DNA of 64,000 bases from Hydrolagus colliei (GCA_035084275.1 CM068756.1:14322001-14386000), one strand, 5' to 3'. Shown: positions 48,371-60,585, counted from the first letter of the stretch. Made by a program: numbers and translations. The notes: a model not told the origin generated them from the letters alone.

Positions 48371-48707
48371 TCAACTCATCCCCGCCCAAAATACCCGACT
48401 CGGACATTCGCGATACCACAATCGGTTGGCGGAGAGTAATGGTTATGTTTGGAGTAAGTTCAACAGGAGTCGGTCGGAGGACATTCCCTGTCATACTTTT
48501 CCCAGAGACTCCCGCCATCATAACTGTCTCGCCTGTTGGTTGCGAGGGCCACCTATCGGTGGGGCATTTTAATATAGTGACAGCGGAGCCAGAATCAATC
48601 AGCATAGTATGGCGTTCACCCGCGCAATTAAGAGGGATAAATGGGCGCCCTCCCCGAGTAACTATCGGCACACACACCGTCTCGGTACAGCGCGGGTCGC
48701 CTCCCCG
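48234..48707 (-). CDS. pro: Retroviral aspartic protease, in frame behind the gag UGA
   Basis: MLIDSGSAVTIL and GILGGD motifs; frameshift to RT near 48265. Confidence 0.88.
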   Translation of the reverse strand, partial: RGGDPRCTETVCVPIVTRGGRPFIPLNCAGERHTMLIDSGSAVTILKCPTDRWPSQPTGETVMMAGVSGKSMTGNVLRPTPVELTPNITITLRQPIVVSRMSESGILGGDELNDRGAVLDYTNTCLWLHPIGEVDTGSRAGLDCHSVYPFPTSPTLG

Positions 48708-50502
48708 TCAATCTCTTGACGAGCCGCACACGCCACCCTCCGCCGGGGGAGCAGACGCCACTGACTGGACAGGTCTGAGCTCAGTCTGCGCGAGAAGCTG
48801 CGTATTCTGCTGGGCAAGTTGCGCATATTGCTGTGTCAACCGTTCCAGGTCGCGTTTCACGTCCAGGAACGGAGAATCATTCCCCCTTGTGCAATCGCCC
48901 GCAAAATGGCCCTGCTCTCCGCACGCAAAACATCGGTAACCTCCCCGGTAATTGCCCCGGCCTCTACGGCCTCTCGCGCGACCTCTGCCCCGGTTTGTTC
49001 CCCCGTTCCTCGATTGTCCCGCATTACCCTCTACAGTAGCTACTTGCGTAGACCACACTTCCTCCTGCTTAACCGGTTTCGCGGCTGTGCTACCCTTACT
49101 GGTGGTTCCGTAACATCGGGTTGCCAGACCCATCAATTCGTCAAATGGGCTCGCGGGGTTCACCCCGTATCCCATCGCGCATCTCAATGAGTCCTGCAGC
49201 TTCCCCAACCAACACCGTTTGTACATCTCAGACTCCTCTATATCGTCCCTTGCAACCTGCCCTAGCTGTGCCTCACTATAAATTGGCCACAACCTAACAT
49301 GAAACAGCAGTGGTCCCTCGCGTTCCCCTTGAATGCAGTTAGCCACATTTTGATGGGGAGCGGAGTGCAGATTAAGTACGTCCCTCACCGCCATTTCCAA
49401 CCCTCCTAAAGCCTCCCTTTCAACCTCGATACCATGTGGGGCAACAGGCTCCGTACCTCTACTGAAAGCATATTTTGAGGACGCGAGTGAGGTCGGTAGG
49501 GGTATATTGTGGATTATCATCCCTGAAGTCTGCCCGCTTGACTCTCCACGCCTGATAGGACGTGCCCGTTGTTAACTTGAGACCTAAAGTACCACACACC
49601 GCACTCAACTCCATTTGAGTCAGAGGGGTCTCGCTACGACGCCTAGTCTGCTGTGCCCCACTCCCGCCTGCCCGTTGTGTCACTGTTAGTGTTACAGGAC
49701 AGACGGGTTTGGGCAGCGGTGGTTCACTTTCCACGTCTTGTTTGTACTCTGCCGCCTCCTCTTCGAAAGCGTCCCAATCATCGTCCACTTGCTCACCATC
49801 ACCATACGCACTGTCCCCAGACTCCCGCATCACGGACGCCACTAATACACGCCTCCTACTTTGAATGTTTTCCTTCTCTCGCCTCCTATACTTTTCCAAC
49901 TCTAGTCTGTCCCCTTTTTCCAGTTTTCCAATCCGCATCGCGCCTCGCAAATCTGCATTTTCCAACTTCAGCCTCTCACACTCCCTCTGTACTGCCCGCA
50001 ACATCTCCTCCACTTCGCGATGTTTCATATTATCTGCCAATTCCATATTCATTAGACCTGTCTGTCGGCTATAGTTGTCTCTAGTCTCACCTTCTCTCTG
50101 CAGCGCCTGCTGAAGAGCTAGGGCAGCATTTCTCCCTTCTTTCTCTCTCTCCTTCTTCTCATTAAAATAATCCTTCTTATAGCGGGCTGCCTGCTCCTGA
50201 TGTTCCTTACCCTTGTAACTGTTTACCATCAACCAATATTTTAACAATATCATCTTTCCTTTCGTTCTTAATCTCCGTTCCTCTCCCAGTTTCTGAACCG
50301 CAGAGCTCAGTTCCTCAAAGGAGTGCGGTCCGGTCGGCTCCGGCACCGTATCATCGTCTTTCCCCAGTTTCAACTTCTGAACTGCCCTCGCTATCTTCTT
50401 CTGGTAACTATTCGCCCAATCTATGTCCGCCATCTTGCGGCTTTTCCCCGGTAAATTCAAATCCTTAACAACCTTATCCTTAACGACCTTAGTGCCACCC
50501 AA
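48708..50502 (-). pseudogene. gag: gag (one frameshift near 49460-49520)
   Basis: Coiled-coil-rich N-terminus, RG-rich segment and CCHC knuckle CFACGEQGHFAGDC; stop TGA at 48708-48710. Confidence 0.88.
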
Positions 50503-50627
50503 ATCCTGCCTTCTTCTCCAGAAAGTCGGATATCAGTCTCTTAACTACCTCAAGACACTCAACCCGTGTCTAACCGTTGTTACCCTTCAATGACCTGGTT
50601 CTCTTGGCTTATTTAGTGTCACTGAAT

Positions 50628-50645
50628 ATCCTGCCGACTACGCCA
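50628..50645 (-). other. Primer-binding site complementary to tRNA-Ser
   Basis: TGGCGTAGTCGGCAGGAT complements the vertebrate tRNA-Ser 3' end ATCCTGCCGACTACGCCA (from memory); 2 nt from the LTR end. Confidence 0.85.
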
Positions 50646-50647
50646 AT

Positions 50648-51095
50648 TGTTAGAGATTCGATTAACTGACTGAAAATTAGGTTACGGCCAACCTCCGATC
50701 AATCAGTTCATACAGAACATCTCTTTGTAAAAGCAGGTTCGTTTATTCAGATTCACCCGTTAGGGTTGACACTAAACGACCAAGTGTACAACAGTTTAAG
50801 TCAAGCCCCGAATCGCAGTAATTATGGAGATATACTACCCGGCGAGGTCGGACGAAGAAGGGGCCGAATGACCGCATGTCTTGCCCTTATAACCCTTTGC
50901 GCCCCTCCCCGACCTTCACGTGCACACCTCATGGACAATGCTCTTCCTCCAATCATTCCCGACTATGCCCTCCAGGCAGGTGCGTGATCCTGCGCGGTCT
51001 TCGCGCCCGAAAGTTACAATTTGCACACTCCAATACAAACCCCGCCTCCACCAATCCACCATGTGTCACAACGGCAAACCTGAATTATCACAACA
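50648..51095 (-). repeat. LTR type B (5' LTR of provirus 1), 448 bp
   Basis: Near-identical to 58313-58763 in reverse complement; outer flank cact. Confidence 0.93.
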
Positions 51096-53080
51096 CACTC
51101 TACCAATATCGATTTCCATGTTATAATGAATGTGCATTAACGCGAGTGCTGAAAGTCCTTCTTGCGTCATGCTTGCTCGTAGGTAGGTTTGTAATCTGCG
51201 TAAAGCACTTGCACTTCGTTCACATTCGCAACTTGTTGCAGGAATAGTGCAACACAATCTTAGAAGCGCAGAGATATTAGGGAACATATCATCATCATAC
51301 TCCATCATTGCTGCTGCTGCCATGGATGGACGTTGGTCAGAGGATCATGGTAGGAATCTGTGTTTCCATCCGAATAATTCTTGTGGGAACACTTCCGGTG
51401 AGTGCATATCTTCAGTGTATACTTCAACTACCTCTTCGAGTGATGGTACATCATCCCCACAAAACACAAACGGGACTAATCCCAATAGCCTTGATGAAAG
51501 CACCGATAAATCGGAAAACTGTGAGTCAAGCTCAGAATGGATGTGGCTTAGGAATGGAATCGCAACGTTTCGATGATAATGCTCCTCAGGTGCAGCTGCA
51601 GGCACGTTACTATGCATGGTCTGCCGACCAACAGTCCGTGGCATTGATGGCATGACGTTGACAGCATTAGCCATTCTAACAGCTTGCTTATATGATCTTG
51701 AAAATTCGATTTCTACATTATCGCAGAGCGCTTTGTATACCACTTTCACGGTTGAGATCTCACTGTAGGCCTTGATGATGTCAACAGTCTGCCCTTGCAA
51801 TTTTACTGTTATGCCAGCAAGAAGTGATAGATCGTAAGAAATATCACAATGAAGTCGAAGGAAGTGAGACTTGCCAATAGAGATGCTGCATCACAGCGAC
51901 TCTTTGGATCCCAACTAGCTTCCCTAAAATCTATGCCACATGATTCGACGTTGGCACCATGAGCAATATTCTCCAATGCTGTAATGATGTAGCTATATGC
52001 CTGATAGAAATGAGTATATGCCTCGTGTCTGGCAGCCCATCATGTCTTGCGCAAGTCAAGAAGCCCCTTTCGATGTTTTGTTTCCTCTGGCAAAGCCTTT
52101 CTAATAATCGATTGCAGGAGACCATTGCGCTTTGGACTTGCCAGGAAGAACCAACAGCCTTTAGCTTGTCAATTGTGTTTCTTGTGCGGGTGAGGGAGCA
52201 TGAATGCGCTATTACCAAGTTTAGGCAATGACCACTACAATGAACGTATACAGCTTTTGGTGACTGCTGTTTTATTCGTCGCTGAACACCAACATTATCA
52301 CTTGACATGTTTGCAGCTCCGTCCTAGCCTTGTCCACGGATGTTAGTAGCATCAAGGCCCGTCATCTTTAGAAAGTCCAAGATGGTACTGGCGATGACTT
52401 CACCGGTGATCCTTGGCAATTTAAGAAAAGACAGAAATTCATCCCTGATATCTTTATTTCTGTCAACGAAACGGAAACAAAGGGCGAGCTCCAATCAAAT
52501 CACTGCGGATTATATCATGGCCGATGATTGTGAAGATATCGTTCTGTATTCTAGGTGAGGCATATTTAGAATTCCTATTTGCAAGCCCAATACTAGCAAG
52601 GTGATGTCGAAGAACCTTGTCATGCTTCGCAATCATCTGTAGGGCTGCCAAAAAGTTTCCCAGATTTCCATTGTATTGTGTGACGTCACTCGTAATGGTG
52701 TAACTTTCCACGACTCTTTCATTATCTCCTCTAAGTGCAATGCACTGACGTCCACAGAATAATACAGCTTCGGCAACTGTTCTTATGATATGTTGATTTC
52801 TTTCAATGTTTTTCTTCTTTTCATCGACCAAACGAATGTCTATCTTATGTTGTGGGTTCGCAACAGAGTCGCGCATTGATGCCGATCTAATCATAGAATT
52901 TACGTGATAACCATTTTGTTCATGTTCCCTCGCCTTCTCGTTTAGTTTGTATAACATGGTAAAGGGTGTATTAACAAATGCCCCCATCCGTTTCTTCTCA
53001 CTTGTTTGGACCATCAGTGCACAGTGAATGCAAAAGGCAGCATCTAATGAAGGACTGTAGACCATCCATTGGCTGTCCAT
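51096..53080 (-). pseudogene. hAT transposase (PRKRIR/ZMYM1-like type), fragmented; last codons displaced to 58764-58830 (+)
   Basis: FCGRQCIALRG, YASPRIQNDI, VHCSGHCLNL, TSCECERSASALRRL hAT dimerisation motif. Confidence 0.88.
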
Positions 53081-53270
53081 AGTGCTATCCTATGGGAACC
53101 ATTGCACGGTTACAGAACACGAGGTAGACCGGCCCTAACCTACCTTGATACTCTGGAGCGTGATTCGGGTATTGGCAGGCGGGAGTTCTCAGGCTGCATG
53201 GAGAGAAGGGATCAGTGGAGAAGTATGGTTGTCAATGCCCGAGTTCGCTCGATCAAATGATGATGAAACT
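53065..53270 (+). mobile_element. RTE-like LINE 3' end inserted in the hAT copy
   Basis: LWEPLHGYRTRGRPALTY...WRSMVVNARVRSIK* followed by a tgatgatga tail. Confidence 0.7.
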
Positions 53271-53479
53271 ATTTTTAGGCCAAATTCGTGCGACATTTAT
53301 GTTTTTGGAATGTAGGTAAAATTGCTCCGGTAAATGAGGCCCTCATCTGGTAAAGAGGCCGCATGTGGTAAAATGGTAAAAATAGCCCCGAGGAAACAAT
53401 TTTAAAAAAGTTGAACATGATATGAAGATTAATCTGGTTAAAAATAGCTTCACTCTGGGTACAAAATTGAACGTGAAAT

Positions 53480-54060
53480 AAAGTAGCACTGTTTATTTTT
53501 GCGGTCATTTTTTTGCATGCCAGTGCAATTTTTAATTACAGGAATACATTTTTAATAATATAAATCAAATGTGATAATCAAGACAAAACAAGAAACATGA
53601 TATTTCAGAAACACGCCTATCAAAATTTAAGTCATTTTTACTTAGATTTATCAGATTAAAATATGATTTCAGCTTCCACAAAGTGGTGCTACCCTTGTGG
53701 CTGTATACGGGATGATTTCCAAACGAGGATGGATTTGAGTCTTGGCGCGCGCCTATGTTTACGCAGTGAGTCACAGACTCGCCGCGTCATTGACTAGCGC
53801 ATCTATCGACGCGGTATGTTTTGGGAAGACGCCGATTCTGGTGTGCGAGTAATTTTATATTAATACTAAAACATTCAAAGATGTGTATTTATAATTAATA
53901 CATAGTTTTGAATAACTAATTGTTACACAAATGCTCAATAAATTTACTTGGTATTTAAATTTGATAAAAATACAATTCTCTACCCCGTAAAATGTGGACC
54001 TTTTATAATTTGGGGGGGGGGGCGTACGCACCCGTCGCACCCCCCCTGCGTATGGGCCTA
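53480..54060. mobile_element. hAT copy 2, one terminal segment
   Basis: Similar to 42790-43484; ends in TIR cctgcgtatgggccta. Confidence 0.85.
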
Positions 54061-54350
54061 GGTTGAGGGATGAGGCGGAGAGGTACAGCTGGGTGTCGTC
54101 CGCATACATGTGGAAGTTTACCCCATGTTTGCGGATGACATTGCCCAGAGGGAGCATATATATGGTGAAAAGGAGGGGGCCGAGGACAGAGCCCTGGGGG
54201 ACGCCATGAGAAACTGTACGGGGGTTTGAGGAAAAAGTATTGGAGGATACAAAATGTAGGCGGTGGGTCAGGTAGGAGTGGAACCAGTCAAGGACTGTGC
54301 CTTGAAGGTTGAGGTGGGAAGAAAGGCATTGGAGGAGGATAGTGTGATTG
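54061..54350 (-). mobile_element. L2 fragment (5' half of the L2 that continues at 59709)
   Basis: [22 protein letters not shown] on minus; joins LNPQTIDVLTA at 59709 via ctcaacc. Confidence 0.85.
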
Positions 54351-55740
54351 ACTGTGTATGTTTCGCATACGTTTCACTTCTGCCATCGCCGCTGAACATT
54401 ATCCACAAGCCATTATCTACAGTTGAGATTGAAGATGCTATGCAATCAAAGTCCCATTAGGTGATGCAAAAACAGAAATCACTGGGAACACTCGCCATTC
54501 AGGCTGAGTCCATGTAGACAGGAAAGTGAGTCATTATTTCTGGTGCAGTACTTCTCACCAGGAGAGAGGCTTTTATGGAATTAAAGAGAGGGGGTAGGCA
54601 GTAAATTGTAGTGCAATTTGTCCAATACAGTGTAAAATGTGAAGGAAGGCCATTGAACTTTTTGTGCATCTGCTAAAAATATACCTAACATGAAACATCT
54701 AGGTGATAAAATCCCAATCGTCCTGTTGTATTTGTAAAGGTGTTGTGATGTGATTTCAAATTTATTGTTGTGACAAGTGGTGGATTAGCAAAGGCGGGGT
54801 TTTGTCTTGAAGAGTGCTGGGATTGGAGAGCTGAGTTGACCATACGCCCCTCACGTGACCTGAGAGACAGGAGGAAAAGGGAGAGCGGTGTGCAAACGCC
54901 ATGAGGGTGGAGTGTGAACATTGTAACTTTCGGGCACGAAGACCCTGCAGGATCACGCACCTGCCTGGAGGGCAGAGTCGGGAATGATTGGAGGAAGAGC
55001 CTTGTCCATGAGATGTGCACGTGAAGGTCGGGGAAGGGCGCAAAGGGTTATAAGGGCAAGACATGCGGTCATTCGGTCTCTTCTTCGTCCCTCTTGGTAT
55101 ACGAGCAGAGCTGAACCAGGCCCGTGTGTACGATTGAAGGAAGAGCTGTAAGTGAGACAGCAGACCGCCCAGATCAAGAAGAGTGAAAGTAAAGACCCCG
55201 CCGGGTAGTATATTACTATAACTGTGATAGAGTAGAGTATGTTATCTAACCTTAGTGCCAACTTTTGTTATACCCAAATAAAGAATCTGACTTAACAAAG
55301 AATAAAGGCTGGCCGTAACCTTATTTCTAAGTTAAGAGAGAGAGATATTGGATCTCCAACAATTGGCGTAGTCGGCAGGATTTGGGTGGCACTAAGGTCG
55401 TTAAGGATTTGAATTTACCGGGGAAAAGCCGCAAGATGGCGGACATAGATTGGGCGAATAGTTACCAGAAGAAGATAGCGAGGGCAGTTCAGAAGTTGAA
55501 ACTGGGGAAAGACGATGATACGGTGCCGGTGCCGACCGGACCGCACTCCTTTGAGGAACTGAACTCTGCGGTTCAGAAACTGGGAGAGGAACGGAGATTA
55601 AGAACGAAAGGAAAGATGATATTGTTAAAATATTGGTTGATGGTAAACAGTAACAGGGGTAAGGAACATCAAGAGCAGGCAGCCCGCTATAAGCGGGCTG
55701 CCTCAAAGACATTCCTATTGACTGCTGTATTTACTCAACA

Positions 55741-57745
55741 TTGGATATTTCGAATGGATTTTGGAGCGTCCCAATTAACGAGGCTGACCAACACAAATTT
55801 GCATTCACCTTTGAAGACCAACAATATATGTGGAATGTACTGCCTCAGGGATTCCATAACTCGCCGACCATATTTCACCTTCGAATGGTTCGCGCCTTGG
55901 ATTCTGTAGTGGTGCCTACCACGTCTCGGGTACTCCAGTATGTGGATGACATTCTGATTGCCTCACCATCGTTGGAAGAGCATAAGACGGTAGTGTTCGG
56001 CGTCGTTCAAGCGTTGGCAAAAGCGGGACTTAAACTGAACCCCAATAAAGTGAAATTCGCAGAGACGCCGGTCACCTTCCTTGGTGTCCAACTCGACTCA
56101 TCCGGCTTACGCCCGGACCCACATAAGATATCGGTGATACAGAGACTGCCCATCCCCGTGACAAAAACAGCTCTGCGATCGTTCCTCGGACTGGTGGGAT
56201 ATCAACGTCAATTCATTCCACAGTTTGCGGAGGAGGCAAAGCCACTGTATTCCCTGGTTAAGTCGGACATTGAGGACGACCTCCAAGCGGTCTGGAAACC
56301 AGAACACACAGCCGCGGTCGATGCTCTCAAACAGGCGTCAATTCAAGCTATTGCCCTCATACATCATCAGCCCGAGAATCCTTTCCATATAGAGGTGGCT
56401 TCGACGGATAAGTCTCTAGCGGCTGTATTAACTCAACCAGTGAATGGGCGTCTTGCACCTATTTCATTCATCTCTTGCTTATTAACAGGAGTGGAGGTCC
56501 AGTTTTCGGATTGCGAAAAACACTTGTTGGCTGTCTGTTGGGCCGTGGATTCTTTCAGATACGTGACAGGCCTACAAAGGATAATTTTACACTCCTCACA
56601 CACCTGTTAAATTGTTGACCAACCCTGGGACTACCCTCGTTTCCTCACACCGACTCACTCAATGGGCGCTGGCTTTGACATCCACTAATCGTTCCGTCGT
56701 CGCAAAACCCACGACTTTGCTACCACAGATGCTGCTGTACGCCGGGGATATTCATACTTGCCCTTTACCGAATACATCTTTCGGGCCTAACGGAGTGGAT
56801 CCGATTCCTCCAGAATCCTTTGCTGGCATTTCACCAATCGAGGTATACATTGATGGTTCGTCATACTACATTCATGGGAAACCACATACAGGTTTCGCGG
56901 TGGTATATCCTGATGCTGTATCCGGATTCCAGTGCACTCCTCATTCGGCTCAATATGCGGAATTGGCTGCGTTGACGGAGGCAGTGACAAGGACTAAAGA
57001 CATATCAGCCAATATCTGGTCTGATAGCGCATATGTTGTCAATACTGTACTACTACTACCCCTTTACTCGAGCAGGGGTTTCAAAACATCAAGTGGCAAA
57101 CACTTGTGCCAAGCTTCGCTTTTGCGGACACTGTCAGAACTCCTACTTACACGCTCATCACCAATTCATATTGGGAAAGTGCCCGCCCATCAACATACCG
57201 GTGTTCATGCACAGGGCAATGCGGAGGGCCATGCGGAGGGCAATGCGGAGGGCCATGCGGAGGGCAATGCGGACGGCCATGCGGAGGGCCATGCGGAGGC
57301 AGATACAGCGGCGAAGAACGCTGCCACTACTGGTACATTGTGGGAAGTCCCCTTGTCAACATTTGTTTCAGCAATAAACACTTACCCCACAATGGACGAT
57401 TTGACTACTTTGCAAGCGACTTACCCGCCCTACATAGAAGCCATACGTTACCATGTGGATTCCGTATTGGACGATATAGATATTACGCCGCCTCAAAACG
57501 ACTGGTTTCGACATACCTCAATATATACTCCCGCCAGTGCAGACTCGTGCACTACACCTCTTCTTATGCGTCACTTTGGGAACACCTCACCGGCAGTCGT
57601 ATGTGTGCCCCCATCATGTGCTGATGCGGTATTTACATTGTACCATTCTAATGCAACAGGCGGCCACTTCGGAGTCTCAAAAACAGTTGCCAAGATACAA
57701 AGTTCCATGTGGTGGCCTGGTATTGGAGAAGATGTTCGCGATTGA
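55741..57745 (+). pseudogene. pol: Partial pol of provirus 2 (RT, RNase H, IN zinc finger)
   Basis: Near-identical to provirus 1 pol; frameshift at about 56610. Confidence 0.9.
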
Positions 57746-58077
57746 TGTGCGCGATGTATTGTCTGCTTGCAACACAACCCTACACCGGGTGTTAAAAGAG
57801 CACTACTCGGATGCGCACCACCCCCCTCAGGCCCTTGGACCAGTGTCCAGATTGATTTTACTGGCCCTTTAACACCAACAGATGTTATGCTTGATCAACA
57901 GGAGCATGACAGACCGCCTGCGGCGGTGGTGGCACACATTCGATGCCTTCGGAGCACGAAATCGGAGTACCAAGGGGGAGCAAGAGACGCTAACTGCGAA
58001 GGGACCAATTTACCCCAGATATGGCCCTGGGAAGTGGCTGGGTATCCAGACGATTATGGGACTACTACTGCTGATGT

Positions 58078-58295
58078 CTCTTGTTAATTCGTTATGTTTC
58101 GTTACGTAGTTATGATGCCTCTTGTTAATTTGTTAAGTTTCGTTATGTAGTTATGATGCCTCTTGTTAATTTGTTAAGTTTCGTTATGTAGTTATGATGC
58201 CTCTTGTTAATTTGTTAAGTTTCGTTATGTAGTTATGATGCCTCTTGTTAATTCGTTATGTTTCGTTATGTAGTTATGATGCCTCTTGTTAATTT
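58078..58295 (+). repeat. 41-bp tandem repeat (5 full units plus partial) in the ERV 3' region
   Basis: ctcttgttaatt recurs at 58078, 58119, 58160, 58201, 58242, 58283. Confidence 0.9.
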
Positions 58296-58763
58296 GGCAT
58301 CAAGGTGGGGACTGTTGTGATAATTCAGGTTTGACGTTGTGACACATGGTGGATTGGTGGAGGCGGGGGTTTGTATTGGAGTGTGAAAATTGTAACTTTC
58401 GGGCGCGAAGACCCCGCAGGATCACGCACCTGCCTGGAGGGCATAGTTGGGAATGATTGGAGGCAGAGCATTGTCCATGAGGTGTGCACGTGAAGGTCGG
58501 GGAGGGGTGCAAAGGGTTATAAGGGCAAGACATGCGGTCATTCGGCCCCCTTTCTTCGTCCGACCTCGCCGGGTAGTATATCTCCATAATTACTGCGATT
58601 CGGGGCTTGACTTAAACTGTTGTACACTTGGTCGTTTAGTGTCAACCCTAACGGGTGAATCTGAATAAACAAACCTGCTTTTACAAAGAGATGTTCTGTA
58701 TGAACTGATTGATCGGAGGTTGGCCATAACCTAATTTTCAGTCAGTTAATCGAATCTCTAACA

Positions 58764-59708
58764 AGTGGTTGACGTATTCGCTTCAAAGCAACCAAGGCGT
58801 CTCGAATATGGAACACTATTAAATAATTCATTTCCCCTCTATTATTTATTCAAGTATTTTTTCTTCAGATCAGTATTGCTTGATGGGTCACTTCCTTTCA
58901 TTGTGATTCTAAATAAATAAATACTAACTACACTATTGCTCACAGTTCAACGATATTATCAGGATAATGCTGATAACAGGCTTGTAACACGTGTGAATTA
59001 ACTGTTTTACACTGATTTTCAGTTTCTGTAAATTTTCTTGTCTTTTATAAAATTTGCTTTATTGGAATATCTGAGCACATAATTCATACTTTACTCTTAC
59101 ATTATTGTTCATGACAGTCCGAAAGAAATTGAGTCTTAGGATAACAATAAGATATGTATTTGTGCTCAAGTAATACAATATATGTATTCAGTTAAAGCAT
59201 GGAAATATTGAGAATACCTCCATGATGTAAAGAAAAATGTTGCAGAACAACTTATTAATTACTGTCAATCCGTAGTTTCTGATAATTTTCGCTTATACGC
59301 ATACATTTATCAAGCATTCGTCATTGTACTGTTTTAATTGGATTGTAATTTACTTTATCGTTCACATTCCTTACATCATCGTGTCAACAATCGTGTTTGC
59401 TTTTATCGGTGAACACATTTGACCTTCCCAAAAGATTTAGACACGGACTACCTGGGAAAATAAAAACACTGAATAAATAATGATGCTCTTAAAATCCAAG
59501 GACATGAAACATTTACCGTTCATATTGGATCTTCTAAACCGATTAAATAAGACCTCAAACTGTGTAAAACATGGGAGCCTCGAGGGGGCTTCGCCCCCTT
59601 CACCCCCGCCAGGGGCCCTCAGGGGCAGCCCCCAAGCCCCCGGCCATTGTTGGTCCCATCACTAGCAATTCGCACCCCCCCCAATTAAAAATCCTGCATA
59701 CGGGCCTG
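58764..59708. mobile_element. hAT copy 2, other terminal segment
   Basis: Reverse complement of 40844-41660; ends in TIR cctgcatacgggcctg. Confidence 0.85.
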
Positions 59709-60585
59709 CTCAACCCCCAGACCATCGATGTTCTGACAGCACGTCTGTCTGACATTGAGTCCTGGACGAGGGACAATTTCCTCCAATTGAAAGTGAGCAA
59801 GACCGAGGCCCTCCTGATTGGCTCAAGCCTGTGCCTCCGCACATCGGGCGCTGCCAGCCTCAACATCCAAGGCTGTACTCTCCACCTCACAAAGCCAGTC
59901 AGGAAACTCAGCATCACGTTCGACCCCAAACTCTCCTTCCTCCCCCACATCCGCGCCTTGACTGGCATGCGTACATCACCTCAAGGCTGGACTACGGAAA
60001 CTCTCTCCTCGTCGGCCTCCCTAGCTCCTCCATTCACAGGCTGCAGATCATCCCAAACTCTGCAGCCCGTGTACTATCCCACACCCACCTCCGTGACCAC
60101 ATAACCCCCACCCTCGCCTGTCTCCACTGGATCCCCATCCCCCAGAGGATCGAGTTCAAGATCCTCGTCCTCACCTTCAAGGCCTTACACGGCCTTGCCC
60201 CGCCCTATCTTTCCGACCTACTCTCCCCCTACAAGCCCACCCGGACCATCCGTTCAGCAGGACTTGGCCTGCTCCAAGCCCCCCGCCCAAACCACCCCAC
60301 CATCGGAGGCCAGGCCTTCAGTTTCTCCGCTCCCACCCTGTGAAATTCCATCCCCCAATCCCTCTGTTTTGTTTCCTCCCTTTCCTCTTTCAAGGCCGGT
60401 TTGAAGACTTTCCTTTTCGACCATGTCTTCTGTTGCCCCCCTAATTTTTCGACCTTCCCTATGTTTTTTTACCCCCTCCCAAACACTCCCCTCCCAGCTC
60501 GGGTCACACGCCTCCTGTGCAGCGCCTTGGGACGTCCTCCCGACGTGAAAGGTGCTCTATAAGTGCAATTTGTTGTTGTTGTTGT
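59709..60585 (+). mobile_element. L2 3' fragment
   Basis: Very similar to 10720-11690 with an internal deletion; ttgttg tail. Confidence 0.9.

Larger units (their letters stand above)
43616..51095 (-). mobile_element. Endogenous retrovirus provirus 1 (5' LTR type B, 3' LTR type A; gag-pro-pol-env remnant, frameshifted)
   Basis: TG...CA LTRs, tRNA-Ser PBS, PPT aaggtgggg, and gag/pro/RT/RH/IN ORFs. Confidence 0.95.
54741..58763 (+). mobile_element. Endogenous retrovirus provirus 2 (5' LTR type A 54741-55361, 3' LTR type B 58313-58763), internally deleted
   Basis: PBS at 55364-55381, partial gag 55382-55690, RT-RH 55703-57870, env stub, PPT at about 58301-58310. Confidence 0.95.

Noticed and set aside
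58078-58295. CRISPR-like regular repeats
   Set aside because: Head-to-tail units with no unique spacers, inside a vertebrate ERV.
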